A DNA stretch of 36,388 nucleotides, from positions 77,148,328 to 77,184,715 of the forward strand of contig NC_057711.1 of the NCBI RefSeq assembly GCF_004010195.1. Direction: 5' to 3'. The DNA comes from Chiloscyllium plagiosum (Eukaryota). The position numbers and the translations under genes were made by a program. Shown piece by piece: positions 34,401-36,388 of this stretch. Numbering within the stretch: the first letter of the stretch is position 1; every line of letters starts with the position of its first letter. Under the pieces are notes generated by a model. It was not told the DNA's origin. It was given only the letters and a program-made list of their open reading frames with translations, and did not search any database.

Positions 34401-35767
34401 ATCACCATCTCAAATAGCCTTTGCTGCATGAAGGAGACTGCTCTCTTTGCTACCTGGATGAGCACGGAGTTCAAAGCAGCCCGGACAGCTGTAATCCGCT
34501 GTAACTTAGTCACAGATGGTTTGTCAAAATATGCTGTCTTGGCTGCCTTCAACCGGGCCTCAAGTATATGTTGTTGCTCTCCCCTCTGTCTCTTCTGGGT
34601 CGCTGAGTATGAGATAATTATACTCCTTGAATAGGCCTTCACAGCCTCCTAGAGCACCAATGGGTTACTGGTCGTACCCAAATTAATACCCCAGAATGTC
34701 TTATACTCCCTTGCGAAATACTCAACAAACTTACTGTCTTTCAAGAGAAAAGGATCCATGCATCAATGCTGCCTATCTGTCCCGTTACTCTCTGATCTTA
34801 ATCTCCAAATACACTGCCGCATGGTCCGAAAGGGCTATATTCTCAATTTTACAGGTTAGTACCGAATCCAAAAAGGTCGGCAGGGCAAAAAATGTATCGA
34901 TCCTTGTGTGGCACTTGTGCGAGTTGAAGAAGAAAGTAAAATCCCTCCACACATCCACAAACCCCAACTCCCCACATAGGTCCACCAACAGCCCCAGAAA
35001 CGTCCAGAGAAAACATGGTTTACGACCCCTTGTAGATCAGGGCCTGTGGATCATTCACTAGCAACTAGGAGCTTCCATAACCATTTGTTTGTGTTTGTAA
35101 CATTGAAATCGAGCTAGGACAGGGTGAAGGTGCTGGTCCAATCCGGGCCTGCACATCACAATCCGATAAACCCGCTCAACTCGCACACGACCCGATTCGG
35201 CTCCCAGTCCCAGGAGCTGTGGGACATTGATTTTCGAGGTCATCAATCTGCTCGATTAAGGCTCACATCTGTGTTTCCAGGGCCTGAATCTGCCCCACCG
35301 AGGATTCTGCTGCAGTCTCCAACGCCGCGGTTCACTGCTCCATCTCCTCCACGCAATGCCTGAGTGTTGGATCTCCTGCTCATACTTTTGTAGTGTGACC
35401 GAGATCAGTTCCAAACTGGTCCAGGACTCCAGCACTGAATCAATCTTCTCTTGGAGTTTGGTGAACTCCAAACCCAAACGCTACTGTTCAGGTAAGTTCA
35501 AAGGTGCTTCCACGGGAGTTGGCACTGAGGCCACAGGCACATCCACTGCTGCAGGGGAGTGCCCTGTGTGTTGCAATCCATGTGACCCCTTTCCTCGAGT
35601 CATCTTCCCTGAACGTTAAAAGTGATATTTAGAAATTTTGGGGAGTTTACACTGCAATTTTTATGAAAATGGCCAGTAAGGTGAGAGTGAAAGTACCTCT
35701 TTGCCTGGATTGTGGTGCAGAGCTCAGCAAGGCAGACCTGTTAGATAGTCACCATCTTGAATCCCCC
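31410..35767 (-). mobile_element. L1-clade LINE, near full length but internally deleted and mutated (5'UTR, ORF1, ORF2 EN-RT-C-terminus, A-rich tail)
   Basis: ORF1 coiled-coil/RRM VERVYR...PVLARFQCYKHKQMVMEA; EN DVWR-DFTFF...TRIDTFF...LSDHAAV; RT YRPISLLNVDFKILSK, GSCQGCALFPLLF and LYADDVLL; ISWLGRIALIKMNVLP; QLKILHRAHL. A T-tract lies at about 31412-31435 and the 5' end reads ggggattcaagatgg. Confidence 0.93.
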
Positions 35768-35949
35768 AAACGCCATGACTTTTAATACCTCCTTCAAATC
35801 TATTCTTATTACCTATGTTCTAAGTAGAAAAGGCAATTTCTCCCTCATTTCCAGTAACTGAAGTCTTGCATTCACAGTGCTATACTATTAAATCTAGTAT
35901 CTTCCCAAGGATTAACAACCTTTCTAAAATGCAATCTCTCCATCATTTG

Positions 35950-36388
35950 ACAATAGACAATAGGTGCAGGAGTAGGCCCTTCAGCCCTTCGAGCCTGCAC
36001 CGCCATTCAATATAATCATGGCTGATCATTCCTAATCAGTATCCTGTTCCTGCCTTATCTCCATAACCCTTGATTCCACTATCTTTGAGAGCTCTATCCA
36101 ACTCTTTCTTAAATGAATCCAGAGAGTGGGCCTCCACTGCCCTCTGGGGCAGAGCATTCCACACAGCCACCAATCTCTGGGTGAAGAAGATTCTCCTGAG
36201 CTCTGTCTTAAATGGTCTACCCCGTATTTTTAAGCTGTCCTCTGGTTCGGCACTCACCCATCAGCGGAAATATGTTTCCAACTGCCAGAGTGTCCAATCC
36301 TTTCATAATCTTATACGTCTCAATCAGATCCCCTCTCAATCTTCGAAACTCAAGGGTATAAAGCCCAGTCCGCTTCAGTCTTTCAGTG
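35950..36388 (-). mobile_element. Relatively young CR1 3' end running off the right edge
   Basis: ORF 36036-36257 reads LKIRGRPFKTELRRIFFTQRLVAVWNALPQRAVEA...FKKELDRAL. Tail repeat: gacaatagacaatag. Confidence 0.92.

Noticed and set aside
1..36388. CRISPR arrays, prokaryotic operons or defence systems; intact autonomous retroelement
   Set aside because: No regularly spaced repeats were seen, the window is vertebrate repeat-rich DNA, and every element ORF is broken by stops or frameshifts. Most short ORFs in the track are antisense or off-frame noise.

Overview
Eukaryotic, repeat-dominated window, mostly intron. The V-SINE/CR1 pair sharing a 3' tail and the Penelope-derived short repeats point to a cartilaginous fish (shark); this is inference, not a database match. 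Most of the sequence is decayed retroelements: many CR1 LINE pieces (including an ORF1 with a GDSL/SGNH esterase), Penelope-like elements (RT + GIY-YIG) and their terminal fragments carrying minimal hammerhead ribozyme cores, two Gypsy-type LTR remnants, a Rex1/Babar LINE, an RTE-like remnant, a nearly full-length L1 and at least three tRNA-derived SINE families. There is one 436-N assembly gap. The only credible host coding sequence is a 95-nt minus-strand exon at 7286-7380 of a gene I could not name. No intact element ORF or clearly novel system was found. The best leads are the hammerhead-bearing Penelope ends that fold back at the ribozyme core, a head-to-head CR1 junction compatible with twin priming, a shared AAGATGG motif at the CR1 and L1 5' ends, and an unexplained ~190-bp local duplication. 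Repeat boundaries are approximate and were read by eye.
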